DNA of 64,000 bases from Mobula hypostoma (Eukaryota). Below the pieces are notes generated by a model. It was not told where the DNA came from, searched no databases, and saw only the letters and a program-made list of their open reading frames with translations. The stretch is taken from positions 33,232,001 to 33,296,000 of the forward strand of contig NC_086108.1 of assembly GCF_963921235.1 (NCBI RefSeq), given 5' to 3'. The position numbers were made by a program, and so were the translations under genes. Shown here one piece after another: positions 13,530 through 26,983 of this stretch; within the stretch, counting starts at the first letter, position 1, and each line of letters starts with the position of its first letter.

Positions 13530-13875
13530 CTAAGAATCCTCCCTATCTGGGTCATGTACTCTTCTTGCTGCCACCAGTGGGAAGGAGCTTTGGAAGACTG
13601 AAGTCCAACACTCTGGTTGAATTGCCTGATGATTGCTTTCCCACAACCATCAGGTACTTGATCCCTCTGCACAATCCTAATCCTACCTCAACATCAGATT
13701 TTTTTTGCACTAATGTCTTGTATTGGAATCTTTTCTCTTCACTGTCTTTTATAATTTATCCATAATTTATATTCTGTGTGTTGTCTGAACCTATGTGCTT
13801 GTAATACGACTGCAAGCTTTTCATTCTACCTATACTTCACAGAAATTGTGACAATGGCAATAAACTTGACTTAAT
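13530..13875 (+). mobile_element. Rex1/Babar-like 3' fragment
   Basis: SKNPPYLGHVLFLLPPVGRSFGRL, similar to the 8975 motif, and aataaacttgactt tail. Confidence 0.5.
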
Positions 13876-14229
13876 TTCACCTCAGCTCAACCAATACATA
13901 ATTTTCTACTTTGCACTTTGTACAATAGTGTGCTACTTTGATAATTTGCAGGCAATTTTGTTTTATGCAATAACTGGGCTGGGTGCAGAATTTGATCATC
14001 TATATAGCTTTCTTAATCTTGTCAGAATTAATATAGATTTTCTTAAAATTATCTGGTATGAGCTTGAATATGTCCTTGCCATAGCTTACAAAGCAGGCAT
14101 GACACTGAACTCAATAAAGAAAAAGCTGAAGAAAAAATATAGTAATAATATTCAGGATGATTGAAGATGTAAATAGACCCAATAGAAAATCCAATATATT
14201 GTCCTTGCGAACCTTATATATACAGTATA

Positions 14230-14795
14230 ATCAAACTCAAGTTTACTTTCAGAGGTGCAAGTACATATATGCACAGGTGCAATGAAAAACTTACCCACAG
14301 CATTATAGCCACATAGCAACATTCACAAGAAAAAAAATAGATTTTCCTACATTTACAAGTACACAACTAGAACCAAAAAAAAAGCAATTTTATTGCAAAG
14401 TGAACAAAATGGTCAGATGTTGCTGTACTCTAGTGATAGTGATTCAGCTTTATTGGTTGGTCCAAGAACCAAATAGTTGGAAAGAGGTAGCTGTTCCTGA
14501 ACCTGCCAAGTAGGTGTTCAGGCTTCTGCACCTGCTGCCCGATGGCAGCAGCAAGGAATGCATGACTCAGATGATGGGGATCTTTGATGTTGCCTTTTTG
14601 AGTCATTGCCTCATTTAGATACTGCTGATGGTGAGAAAGACGGTGCCTGTGATATATTGGCCGGAGTCTACTCTTCTCTGAAGCTTCTTACATTTGAATT
14701 GCTGTACCAGACTTAATAATATGCCAAATATCATTAACTTTCTAAGAAAGTGAAGACACTGCTGTGCCTTCTTTATAATTGCATATATGTGCTGG
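14230..14795 (-). mobile_element. Rex1/Babar-like 3' fragment
   Basis: Minus-strand KKAQQCLHFLRKL motif, homologous to KRAQQRLFHLRWL in the 51.6 kb element. Confidence 0.6.
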
Positions 14796-15234
14796 TACAA
14801 AAAAAACTAGTGGTGGTGTAATATATTTTAAAATATTTATTTCAGAATATATATTTTGCAATTGATATCAATGTGACCTATATAATTTGACCTCCTTGAA
14901 ATTATAAAGTCAGCAGAGAAAGAGGGCATTTTATCTTGTGCTTCTGTTCAAACATATTAATTGGTGAGCAAATCACCTTTTAGGACAAAATTAGGTCCAA
15001 ATATAAAGTGCTTGCATTCTACCGTACAAAAGATTGACTTTTGTCATTTATTGCCGGCATTTAGAGCTGTTTTTCATTACGCTACCTGCCAAAAAACCCA
15101 TATTGATCTGGTACTTTCAGTGATGATGCAAACCTCATAATTTCTTTGTAGGATAAAGAGAATTGCTCTAATTTAGCCCAAGATCTTTGCTCATGTGTTA
15201 AAAGCTTGTATTTATCAAAATAATACAACCAATC

Positions 15235-15775
15235 TTGGGCTCCTTATTTTAGAAAGGATATACTGACATCAGAGAGGGTTCAGAGAAGAGTCACGAGAAT
15301 GATTCCAGGAATGAAAGGGTTACCTTATGAGGAACGCCTGGCAGCTCTTGGGCTGTATTCCCTAGAGTTCAGGAAAACGAGGGGGGATCTCATAGAAACA
15401 TTCCGAAGGTTAAAAGGCCTGAACAGATTAGATATGGCAAAGTTATTTCCCATGGTAGGGGAGTCTGGGATAAGAGGGCAAGGCTTCAGGATTGAAGGGT
15501 GTCCATCTAGAACAGAGATGCAGAGAAATTACTTTAGTCAGAGGGAATTTTAGTCTATGGAATTTGTTGCCACAAGAGGCTGTGGAGGCCAAGTCATTGG
15601 GTGTATTTAAGGCAGAGATAGATAGGTTCTTGATTAGCTAGGGCATCAAAGGGTATGGGGAGAAGGCAGGGGGATGGGGATGACTGGAAGAATTAGATCA
15701 GCCCATGATTGAATGGTGGAGCAGACTTGATGGGCTGAATGGCCTACTTCTGCTCTTATATCTTATGGTCTTATC
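15235..15775 (+). mobile_element. CR1 LINE 3' fragment
   Basis: MIPGMKGLPYEERLAALGLYSLEFR..RGDLIETF motif and tcttatggtcttat tail. Confidence 0.88.
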
Positions 15776-16648
15776 TTCAATTTTTCTTGGCAGTATCATC
15801 TAGCAATTGTTAGTTTTGTCCCTGACTCATAAGAGTTCTGCGATTCAAGATGGCTAAGGACATTGCTTTATTAAAATATTGGTAACAGGAAGAGGTCATG
15901 TAGATCCTCCAGCCTATCCTGTCATCAATTACGTCATGGCTAATTAAGTATTAAGTATTATGTTTATGTTCCATCTCTTCACATTCATTTGCAAAGCAAT
16001 AGAAGGCAGAGACAGACTGGTTGAGCGGTAGAGGAGAAAAATAGTCTTTACAATCAAGCCACCGATCCCATGAACTTGTAACTCCCTTCACTTTATTGCG
16101 AAGGAAATAATGCAAAAAAAAAATCAAAAGTATTGTTCAAGTAGTTTACTAAACATCTGGATAAGCAACAAGTGTTTTTGTGACACTCATGCTTGTGATA
16201 ATTCCTAATTATATGCCAAATTACTGACAGATGTTTATTTTGTGGGTGGTCTCAGTACATGTGAAATGCTGATGGTACACAGAAAGTATATAATGGCAAA
16301 GATGCCCACCAAGTACATATTGCGCCCAGCAAACAATCAACATGGCATCAACTACATTGCAGTATAAGACAGAAAACATAAATCATATTGTAATAGATTT
16401 ATACACTACAATACTGGAGCAGTGGGTAAAGATTCCTCTGGTGACTCCAAACAAAACATCATGTGCATCTGCCCATAAAATGGAAATATCTTATTTCTCC
16501 CTAAATATGCACGAGAATGATTACAGCATGAACGTCAAAATTCAAAAGTGGTGTACAAAGGGCTCTGTTTAGAAGCTGGGGTGAAGAGATGGGAGGATAG
16601 TTTTGTCATTCTGCTGCTGTTGGTATAGCAATGCATAAAATGGGGAAA

Positions 16649-17444
16649 CATAACTACCCTAGTCAAAAAAACATGATCCTCAATGAACAAAATGAAGTCA
16701 CAGCTTATATGACAAAGCCATGTGGGTAGGGGAATTTGAAAGCAAAAGTTCACTTTTGAGAATTTTGGGGCAAATCTAGTGAGTTAAGTACCGTGAATCA
16801 TTATTTAGTGTTAAATGAAACACTATTATATAAACATTTCGTTAATGAAAACATCCTAAACTAGTAAATACAATTAATTTTACGCAATCTTTATTATGTA
16901 GGTGACATATTTTCTCAGATAGTGTTTTCTATACATCATAACAAAACAATGGGGGACTTAAGATATACTTATTACAGGAACATTATTAATACATAAATAA
17001 CAGCCAAAATATATTGATAAATTGATTTTAATTTAACTAGAAATACTGTAGTATTCTGATAAACAACTGACCATTACCCTTGTTCAAGTATGGACACGTA
17101 CCTTACAGTCTGAAGATTTTCATCACCACTCCTTTTTTTAAAAAGTGTTCTGTACTTAAATTTCTGAGAAAGACGTGCCTAGTTATTTTTTCCCGCCCTC
17201 TGTGAGACAAAAGCTTGTTCAGAGGGGCCATTACACATGCTGCGCAATTTCCTCATACTATCTAGACGTTCAAAACCTCAGTTTTGATGTTAACGAAGGA
17301 CTACCTCTTTAACTGGCTAGAATTGCCCCAAAATTCTCGTGAACTTTTGCTTTCAAATTCCCCTAACCACGAGGCTTCGTTACATAACTTGTGACTTCAT
17401 TTTGTTCATTCAGTATCATGATTTTTTTGACTAGGGTAGTTATG
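16649..17444. repeat. Long inverted repeat (arms ~16649-16787 and ~17309-17444), unclassified foldback / MITE-like
   Basis: CATAACTACCCTAGTCAAAAAAA...GGGGAATTTGAAAGCAAAAGTTCAC...GAGAATTTTGGGGCAA recurs as its reverse complement about 520 bp downstream. Confidence 0.8.
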
Positions 17445-17779
17445 CCTTTAAATTTAAATGCGGCTCATACTCTGGACATTACCCATTCAAGTCCCCTTCT
17501 CTGTCCCTCCCTTACCACTTTGATTCATGGAAATCAAGTAGCAGAACACAGTGAATTTTTTTTTAAAAAGGAAGTGTGTAGTGGCGATAATGGAGAGAAA
17601 CAGTCGCAGTTTTACAGCCCATAGGCCGTGATCTTCACAGAAATCAAACGCTCATTAATTGACGTTTGCTACACAGCGAAGAGTGAAGAAAGGGGCCATC
17701 ATACGGTCTGAATCACCAACTGTTATGCCGTCTTCTCTAACGCTCCCTACCCTGCTGAATATTTGCAGCAACTGTTCCT

Positions 17780-18230
17780 AAGCTAAATATCCCGACGACT
17801 GCCTAACACAGCCATTTTATACAAGCATAGGAATAATGGCTGACACGCATGCGCTATCCCGCGCATGCTAACGTTCACCAAAAACAAACTGGTAAAAATA
17901 GTTCTAGATATCCATGGGAATACAGGGGTTCATAATGCATATAGAAGAAGAAAACGAAGTACTTAAACCCGACAATAGTTTATGCCCTTCCTCCCATGAG
18001 CCACCGCGGTGGTGGCTCGTCGCCGGAATCTCTCCGTCTGGGCCTGACCCGGGTTTTGTCCTTGCACCCAAGTGACCCGTTCACTTTCTACGGTCACCAT
18101 GAGTACTATGTGCGCTGACACCATCCTGATCGTCTTCATCTCGGTCTGCACCGCGCTCCTGGCTGAAGGTGAGTGGGCTTCGTGCTGGCGACCTGCGCCC
18201 GTGTCTTGGCGGCCTGCACGGTTTGTAATG
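17780..18230 (+). promoter_or_regulatory. TMCO1 CpG-rich promoter with NRF1-like motifs
   Basis: ACGCATGCGC and CGCGCATGC (NRF1-like) near 17844-17868; CCGGAA (ETS-like) near 18023; CpG-rich through exon 1. Confidence 0.55.
18099..18168 (+). CDS. TMCO1: TMCO1 (ER Ca2+ load-activated channel / GEL complex subunit), exon 1
   Basis: MSTMCADTILIVFISVCTALLAE-G, donor GTGAGT at 18169; 70 nt; caccATG Kozak. Confidence 0.97.
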
Positions 18231-18639
18231 GGGAAAGGGGGAAGGGAGAGTGGTTGAATGCTCTCAGATGTTGTGCGGGAAATAGAAATACAGTATTTGC
18301 AATAAATGTTTTTCCTACTTATGGTCAAATTCAGAGGTTGTCGAACCCTTTGGAACAGCTGGATATATTTATCAAACAAGGGAATTTCTGATTTGGGCAT
18401 TTCAAGAGGTCATCATCATAGAAAAAAATGAATAAAGTTAATGATCATTTATTAGAACAATAGGAGAGGTTTGGAAAGGATCTGCTTAAGTATGATTATC
18501 AAAACTTTTTAATAATGGATAGAAATGGGAAAGGATAACCCAAACAATGTTGTGCTACTGACAGGGATACCAAGAAAATCGTTAATAATCTTTTAAATTA
18601 AGTTTAAATGGGTAAATTAAACACAACAGATAAAGCAAG

Positions 18640-19058
18640 TCTGTTGCTTGGACTTGAGGACCTGAGTTAGAGGGAAAGGTTGAATAGGTTAGGATTTTTT
18701 CCCCCTGGAGCATAGGAGAATGAGGGGAGATTTGATATAGGTATACAAAATTATGAGGGGTATAGCTAGGGTAAATACAAGCAGATTTTTTTCACTGAAG
18801 TTGGATGAGACTAGACCTGAAGGTCATTGGTTAAGGAGAATATGTTGAACTTCTTCACTCAAAGGGTAGTGTGATTGTGGAATGAGCTGCTGGTGGAAAT
18901 GGTGAATATGTATTTGATTGCAACATTCAAGAGATGTTTGGATATGGATGGGAGAGGTATGGCGGGCTATGGTCTAGGTACAGGTCAATGGGACTAGCCA
19001 GAATAGCAGTACGGTGCAGACTATAAGAGGGTCTCTCTCCGTGCTGTAGTTTTTTAAG
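18640..19058 (+). mobile_element. CR1 LINE 3' fragment (TMCO1 intron 1)
   Basis: gaaaggttgaataggttagga...aggggagatttgat...ttcttcactcaaagggtagtg; same family as the 10029 and 43195 fragments. Confidence 0.75.
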
Positions 19059-19318
19059 ACTCCAAGAGAGGAATTTGAATGCTTTGTGATTCTGCATGAT
19101 ATCAGAGCTATTCACTGAACGTTTGGAAAAACTTTGAAAGCCAGGTGAACCAATAGCCCTTGCCTGCTCCCTGAACCTCAATAGTTTTTATGTAACAGCA
19201 TGAATTACTTCATCTTACATATTCGTGGCTCTTCAGTTTAATAACTGTGGCATTTTTGAATTGTCTTTGATGTAACCTGTAGAGGGGAAATATATATATG
19301 TTCATCTTTTATTTACAG

Positions 19319-19396
19319 GCATCACCTGGGTGCTGGTGTACAGAACTGACAAATACAAACGGCTAAAAGCTGAAGTGGAAAAACAGAGCAAGAAGT
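19319..19396 (+). CDS. TMCO1: TMCO1 exon 2
   Basis: tttacag acceptor; (G)ITWVLVYRTDKYKRLKAEVEKQSKK; GTAAGT donor; 78 nt. Confidence 0.97.
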
Positions 19397-21189
19397 GTAA
19401 GTATTAAACAATCAAAAAAACAAAGTAAATGCTGGGAATATACAGCAGGTTAAGCAGCATATATGAGAGAGAGCGAGAATAACTTCTCAGTTGAGGTGAT
19501 TCTTCAATCAGGAGTTGATGCTTTTATTTGGAGTTAGGAAAAGTTAGAATAAAAATGTTTTAAATTGCAGATAAGTGGGTAGAGAGAGCAAAAGTCTAAT
19601 TAAGTAACAGAGATTGCGATGCATTGATGGTGGTCTGAAAGAGGTCGTGAAGGCTTGTTAATTGTAATTGATCGGTGTGAAAAATGATACAAGTAGGTGC
19701 TGGAGGAGGCTGCAGATGCTGAAATCTGGAGCTACAAGCGATCAGCTGAGGAGAAATGTGGGTCAAGCAACATCTACGGGAAGTTGTCAATGTTTTGGGT
19801 CGAATCCTGGCATGAGAATTTATTGGAGATGAATGATAGAGGAGTGGAGGAGGGGGAGAAAAAATGTACTGGAAATTGGAAATAAAAAATAATGCTGGAA
19901 GTATCCAGCAAGTTAAATAGATTGGCAAGGGAAAATAGTGTTCTAGATTGATTCTCTGTCATCAGAACTGGCCAGTTCAAAAATCAGATGTGCCGTGCTT
20001 AACTACATTTTGTATATCTAAATTTTTTTTTGTAGGAAATTATGGATTCATCATTTCCTGTATCTCATACCTAATGCCACTTCCCAGTTTTTCTTGCTGA
20101 AGCCTAGTTGGTAATCTTTGCTCTGTGCCACCTGATAGCATTGTTGAGCATTGCATATTCAGTGCTTTTGTGTTTGTACGTATAAGCAAGTACGTTTAAT
20201 GCTGGGCACTTTGCAACAGCTGAGATACAACATGCTGTTTTGTTCAACTAACTTCATCATAGCGTCACTCTACATGAGGGCTGATGAGTAAAATTCTAAG
20301 TGCTCATATCATTTAATCTTTAGTTAAGTAAACATTTAGTATTTAGTTAATTTTGCAGTTACATCTAGTCTAGCATACTTTGTCAAAGTGAATCTGTAAA
20401 GTTCGTTTAAGAAGTAAAAATTTTTCAGCCACCCATTTACACTAAGCCTATGCAATTCCATTCAATTCCCCCTATGTTTCTGTTAACTTTTCACATGACC
20501 CTCCCCCCCCCACACTGCAATTCCCCAGGGTCAGAACTTAACAGCCAGGGTCTTTGAAAGTTAGAGGCCGCAGTCCTCCTAGCTGTGCTACCCTAGTTCT
20601 TGTTATTTTTTATTCTGTGAAAGTGGTACCAGGCTGTCTTGAATTACTGCCCTCTTTGTAACCACACTGTGGTTATGCTTAGGGATTTCTGATATGTTAC
20701 TATATGTAGTGCCAGCAGTGGCGTCACTAGCGGTGTCACTTGAAATATCACTGTTTTAAAGGCTTCTGAGGAACTTGGAAGCTGATTGGTTTCTCACGCT
20801 ATTGTTGCTCCAGGCATTCTCTGGATGGTAATATTCGTGAGAGAAGTGCTGCTGAACTGAATTGCCATAGTTCATCCCATAGATTATTCAGGGCTGCAGT
20901 GCACTTCAAATTGAAGGCATATTCATTAACGGGGTACCCATCAAATAAACTATTGTAAATGCTGTTAAAATTCTCAGGTAAAATGCAGTTTGCTTATATC
21001 ATGCATGATAGAGGCTTTAAATAGTGAAGATTTGACATAAACTCTTGGCCTCACAATCTACCCGATCATTGCACCTAATGGTCTACATGCTCTGCACTTT
21101 GTATGTAACGCTGCGTTTTGCATTTAGCTATTGTTTTCCCCTGTACTACCTCAGAGTACTTGTGTTCTGAAATGGTTTTTATACACGTC

Positions 21190-21410
21190 CCACTGTAAGG
21201 AGTTTGTACGTTCTCCCCGTGACTGGGTGGGTTTCTTCCAGGTGCTCCAGTTTCCTCTCACAGTCCAATGATGTACTGATCAGTAGGTTAATTGGTCATT
21301 GTAAATAGTCCAGTAATGAGGCTAGGATTAAATCGAGGGTTGCAGGGTGGCGTGGTGCAATGGGCCAGAGGAATCTACTCCACGCTATATCTCAATCAAT
21401 AAGTAACTAA
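21190..21410 (+). mobile_element. V-SINE/HE1-like SINE (partial)
   Basis: Central domain ggagtttgtacgttctccccgtgactgggtgggtttc...tgctccagtttcctc. Confidence 0.7.
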
Positions 21411-21799
21411 ATGCCTTGCAAAACAAAGTTTTTCACTGTATCTTGGTGCATGTGACAATAATAAACCAACTCCAAGTTTTCGATCTCAGCCTTGCTTTTG
21501 TAGGTACATTGTTGAAAGGGTGAATTTAATTCCATTCTTATTCAGAGCAATCCTAAATTAGTGGTGAGGGAGTTAACAACATGTTTCTTTGAAGGTTTTG
21601 GGAAATTGACTTTTTAATTTTGTACTTGTGCAATATGAATATTATCTGTCAATTAATCTTGCATGGACATCAGTCATATTCACCTGAACACTTCTCCTAG
21701 ACATTTGTATTAAATAGGAACATAATGGGGATAGCTTGATGTCCACTTAATTCAATTTCTGGTAATTATGATTTGTTTTATTGTTTTCTTTCTCAACAG

Positions 21800-21859
21800 T
21801 AGAAAAGAAGAAAGAATCTATTACAGAATCTGCAGGGAGGCAACAAAAGAAAAAAATAG
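21800..21859 (+). CDS. TMCO1: TMCO1 exon 3
   Basis: Pyrimidine tract plus caacag acceptor; (L)EKKKESITESAGRQQKKKI; GTAATT donor; 60 nt. Confidence 0.97.
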
Positions 21860-22049
21860 GTAATTATCAGCTGAGTATCTCAAGGTGACAGTTTCACTTC
21901 TAAAGAATTTTCCTATAATTCGAAATGTGAGAGATTTCACAAACAAAGAAAATTAGTTTGTCTGCTTACTATTCTGTGAGTGATTGTTCCTTCGGATTGT
22001 TTTCAGTGGGGTTGTTCAGCGGACAGTTTCTAATCTTAAATTGGAGGAT

Positions 22050-22543
22050 GTCAGTGCTGTGCAGTAGGGTGATCTGGAGAATTCAACGTGTTGTGCATTT
22101 TAGAGATGCTCTTCTTCATACCACTGTTGTAACACATGGTTATTTGAGTTATGGTCGCCTTCCTGTCAACTTGAATCAGTGTGGCCATTTCTCCTCAGAT
22201 CTCTCTCATTAACAAGGCATTTCACCCATGGAACTGCGGTCTACTGGATGCTTTCTTTTGTTTTTCACACCATTCTCTGTAAACTTGAGAGACTTTTATG
22301 CGTGAAAATCCCAAGAGATCTGCAGTTTCTGAGATACTCATACCACCCAGTCTGTCAACAATCATTTCACAGTCAAAGTCACTTAGATCACATTTCTTTT
22401 CCATACTCATGTTTGGTCTGAACAACAAGTGAACCTCTTGACCATGTCTGCATGCTGTTATGCTTTGAGTTTCCGCCACATGATTGGCTGATTAGATATT
22501 TGCATTAAGGAGCAGGTGTTCCTACTGGAGTGACCACTGGGTG
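22050..22543 (-). mobile_element. Tc1-like transposon fragment (N-terminal HTH of transposase)
   Basis: MEKKCDLSDFDCEMIV...SISETADLLGFSRIKVSQVYREW paired-like HTH; terminal-like gtgaccactgggtg. Confidence 0.75.
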
Positions 22544-22608
22544 AAATAGACGAATGGAAATATACAGGAATCTATATATAAGCCTATCCTTTTTGATGTT
22601 ATTTTCAG

Positions 22609-22655
22609 AAAGACAAGAAGAAAAACTAAAAAATAATAATCGGGATCTTTCCATG
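22609..22655 (+). CDS. TMCO1: TMCO1 exon 4
   Basis: ttttcag acceptor; (E)RQEEKLKNNNRDLSM; GTAAGT donor; 47 nt. Confidence 0.97.
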
Positions 22656-22998
22656 GTAAGTTGATTTCTCTTTCAAATGACAACATATAGATTATGCTGG
22701 TTCATAGAAAATGTAACAGTTTCCTTTTGGAGAATATCCATCTGCGCAATTTGCTAATTATACATTTCATTTGTTTAATTCTGCTTTGCTAACACTGGAA
22801 ACTATAACAATGAATGGTAATGAAAGAAATACAGCAAGGACTCTTTGAGATTATATTCCATGTTGTAATTTAGAACAGGAGCATTTTCCATATAAAAGTT
22901 GTAATTAATCTAATCAGCATGGAATCAGTCTCCAAACTAATATATAGTTCTTTAGAAATTACTTAATTATTTGTTAATAATTTTCATGATTTTGTTAG

Positions 22999-23066
22999 GT
23001 GCGAATGAAGTCGATGTTTGCTATTGGATTCTGTTTCACTGCTTTGATGGGCATGTTTAATTCTAT
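22999..23066 (+). CDS. TMCO1: TMCO1 exon 5
   Basis: ttgttag acceptor; VRMKSMFAIGFCFTALMGMFNS(I); GTGAGT donor; 68 nt. Confidence 0.97.
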
Positions 23067-23439
23067 GTGAGTATTCCCAAAGCAATTTCCTGCTTTTGAG
23101 TAGGTACTCTTTTGTAGTTAAACAAATTGTTCCAAGTCTGTGTAAGGATCAGGAAACTGATTTTTATTTGTGTATTTTTCACAATAGACAGCCTTGGCAT
23201 CGCAGAATTTTATAATAGATAACTGTTGAAGTCAGTTTCTGCTTTTTTTTCTCTTTGTGTTACTCAATACTACCTTTGCAAAGTTAACTTTAGTACTCCA
23301 GGTAGCAAAATATCAATTGATATCATTTTGCCTTGATTTGATAACTTCGTAGACAACTTACTGACATATGATATTCACTAAACTGCAGATGAGAGAGATC
23401 AGTTATTCTAATTCATGTGTAATCATTTTATTAAAAGTG

Positions 23440-24247
23440 CAGTGCATTCCAGTTAATTGAGACACAACAGGACCAGTACATTTTGGCCCAATTAAGCGAC
23501 TGCCCCAATTAGCTGAATTTTCACGGAAATAGTAAAAAGGTATTAAAAAAAAAGATGTACTACTGTTTAACTGAGTAATAATTAATATATTTAAATGAAT
23601 TGCAGAACAAATTGGAGGACTACCAATACCTCTACAGTATGATAAAACTGTGTATTAGTTCCTAATAGTCATCAGTGGAGGAAATCATCTGCCGTGTAAA
23701 GGACAAAATCAGCACAGACACCCGATAATGGGCTGCCTTGTTACAATGCTTTAGAGAACTGCATCCTCCAAATTTTCATTTTCATTGTAACATTCAATGT
23801 CAACACCTTCAAATTATTTGTAATTCCTAAGTTGCTGAAGTAATGAAATCATTTCACTTTTACTCCCGGCCGTTCCTGGCATCTCCAAGCCTGAATACTT
23901 GACACAGTGGTGAGCAAAACGGTTCCAAATTGTCTGACTACTTATTTCTCACCAACTATCAGTGACAAAAATTACTACTTTTTGAACACAAACACATGCA
24001 ACTTATGCTATTTAAAAACTGTTCACTCTAAGCATGGTATAGTGTCTAGTGGCCATGCAAGTTCACGTGACTGATGCTAGTTAGAAACTGGTGACAGTCG
24101 CCTGCCCCAATTAAGTGGCATGGTATCCCAAATTTTAAAAAAAAAGAATCCTGGCTATTTTCTCGATTTAATTTTTGTTCTTTAAGAGTTGACCCAAATA
24201 AACAGCTGCCCTGATTAACCAATTGCCCAATTAAGTGGAGTCTGCTG
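23440..24247. mobile_element. Non-autonomous Tigger/pogo-like DNA transposon
   Basis: Imperfect TIRs CAGTGCATTCCAGTTAATTG / CAATTAAGTGGAGTCTGCTG followed by TA; repeated cccaattaag motifs near both ends. Confidence 0.55.
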
Positions 24248-24909
24248 TATTCAAAATGATTGCTGCTGCTGCTGCTATTGGATTTATAAATGAGATTATG
24301 TTGTTATTGCTGAAAACACAAAGAATATCTGTGGGCATCTGGAGTTACCGGTTTGCTTGTGGTACCCAGTGATACAGATTTATATGGACCCCAAAAAAAC
24401 AGGTATTTTAAGGGTCTTACTTTCTATTGCCGCGATGGCTAGTTTGCAAATGTCTTTCAAACAATTACTACATGTCATTTATGTAAGTACAGAATCATTT
24501 ATATTAAAATAGTCTCAGCAACTGAGTCAGCTGCAGTGACATGTTTCAAATTTTCATTTCATCTTGCATGAGTTTGCAAAATTGAAAGGTGAGACAACCC
24601 TGATGATGATTGAATTTTTTCCAGTTATTTTCCTTTGTTTGCATACTTATTGCTGGTGCTTTTGTGGCTTTAGTCCTTTCCTTTTTCGTTAAATGCTGGA
24701 TCATTGGGAAATAATTCTTATGATCTTGAAATGGTCCTTATTTAATATAGCATACTTTATTACCTAAAGCCATTCTGTGTCAAACAGCCAAATATTTTAC
24801 AGTGGGATTCACAGATGGAAAATATTTGGCCACCTCTGCAACCTGTGTAATGTGGTGCAGGTTGTAAATTTCTACATGCCAATTATGTTTTGTTAATCAG
24901 TGTACATAA

Positions 24910-25450
24910 TGGGAGGCCTTCATTGGTCAGGGTCAGGGTCAACCATGGATGTTGCATCCCAGCTGTCTAGATACACAAGCCAGGGCAGTGCACTATGGAG
25001 AACAAGCTGTTGCCCATGTAGCTAGCTCCACCTCTCCATGTATCTGATGAACCCAAAGGAACCATTGAGACTGATACAGTTTAGCACGAGTGGTGTCACA
25101 GGAGTTGCCAGTCAATGTTGGAACTCAGCACAGACTGCCTTAGGGACTCCTGTTCTGATTTTTCCCTTGGGGTTTACTCCCAAAGCTTTCCTTGTGAGTG
25201 GGTATAGCCGCAAGGCAGCGGATGTTTGGGATCGAAGTGTTCCTTCTCCTAGATGAGCTGCTGACCATGGCTGATGAGCTCCACCTGCCCAAAGCAAGGT
25301 GCCGGTAACCTGCCTTTGCCCCTACTCCTGTCAGTAGAAACGGTTCTAAGCCACTCCTGATGGCCAGGAGCTGGACTTAGTTGTCAGGCTATTTGAGATG
25401 CATGCTATTGGGAGCAATTACCAGCCTCCTCCCCGGACTAAACAACCTTA
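24910..25450. mobile_element. Interspersed repeat, possibly an RTE-like 5' UTR derivative
   Basis: GC-richer block with ccttctcctagatgagctgc...gctgatgagc, reminiscent of reverse RTE 5' UTRs. Family not certain. Confidence 0.35.
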
Positions 25451-26289
25451 AGTATACAGTATATAGTAGATGTTACATTTAGCTCCTGCTTTTTGTTCAC
25501 TAATCCACGAAGGTTCTCCCACAGATGTAAAGGTGTAACTCACATTTATGAGCAGAAAAAAATTTATATTTTTGTGATATCTTGAACATGGGCTGCTGCT
25601 GAAAGTATTGATAAGTGCAAATCAGTAAATGATTCCATATCAAATTGTGTACAGCGGCTTGTATGATTTAGCTTGGCTATTAATAAAGGAAAATTTTGAG
25701 AATTAAACCCTGTTACCATGAAATACGTAGTTGTTGCATTTGAGGACATGTTTCATATCAGAAATAAGTTCTTAAGTTTTCTGTCAGGAGACTTTGAACT
25801 TTTAATTTTTACCATTCCTGAGAGAGCTGCTATTGCAATAACTGAAGCAAGAGATTCTGGTAATAGAAGTGGAAATTGCTTGGTAAGGAAATTGTGATAA
25901 AACTTCAAGGTCAAGTTCACTTTTGAAGGATCTTTGACCTAAATCTTTAATTGTTTCTCTTGTTGTAGATGCTGCCTGACATGCTGAGTTTTTTAAGCAT
26001 ATTCTGTTTTTATTTCGGATCTTCTTTGTCTACGTTTGACATTTAATGCCATATACTATTGATCCCCCACACCATAAATTTTCTGTGGGGCACTTTTGAA
26101 CAGAAACTCATTTGGACCAGGCATATGAATATCAAGGCTACAAGAGCTGATCAGAGGCTGATAACCCTGCAGTGAGCGACATGCCTCCTCATATCCTTTT
26201 CACCATCTACACAGCACAAATCAAAAGAGTGATGGAATACTTTCCACTTGTGCAGAGAGTTGAAGATAGATTGAGTGAGCACAGGTTTG

Positions 26290-26983
26290 GCAGACAGAGT
26301 ATAACATTGGTAAATGCAAGGTCTTCAACTTTGGAAGGAAAGGTAGGCGATTAGGCTATTATTTAAATGAATGCAATGTGCTGTCATGCAGCAGGACTTG
26401 GTGCTTGTGCATGAATTAATTTATTAAGTTGGCTTGCAGGTGCAGTAGGTTGTTAAGAAGGCAAATGGAATGTTGGCCTTGATTGCTAGAGGGATTGAAT
26501 TTAAAGTAAGGAGGCTATACTGCAGCTCTTCAGCGTACTGGTGAGGTTGCGCACAGACTGCTGCATGCAGTTCTGGTCTCGAGAATAAGAAGGGATCTTA
26601 TAGAAACATAAAACTATGAAAGGCATGGATAAGATGGAGGCAGAAAAGTTGTTTACACTGCTACGTGAGAGTAGAACTAGAGGACTTGGCCTCAAGATTT
26701 GGAGGAATACGTTGAGGACCGAGATGAGGAGGAACTGTTTTTTCCAGAGAGAGTAGTGAATCTGTTAAATGCTCTGCCCAGGGAAGCAGTAGAGTCTACC
26801 TCATTGAGTACATTTAATACACAATTAGATAGATGTTTGCATATTAGGGGAATTGAGATACATGAGGAAAAGGCAGGTAGGTGGAGCTGAGTCTGTGACT
26901 AGATCAGCCATGATCTTATTGAGTGATGGTGCAAGGTCAACAGACAAGTGGCTTACTTCTCCTATTTCTTGTGTTCTTATGTT
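26290..26983 (+). mobile_element. CR1 LINE 3' fragment with internal deletion
   Basis: KKANGMLALIARGIEFKVRR-type segment, cagagagtagtgaatctg and ttcttgtgttcttatg tail. Confidence 0.75.
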
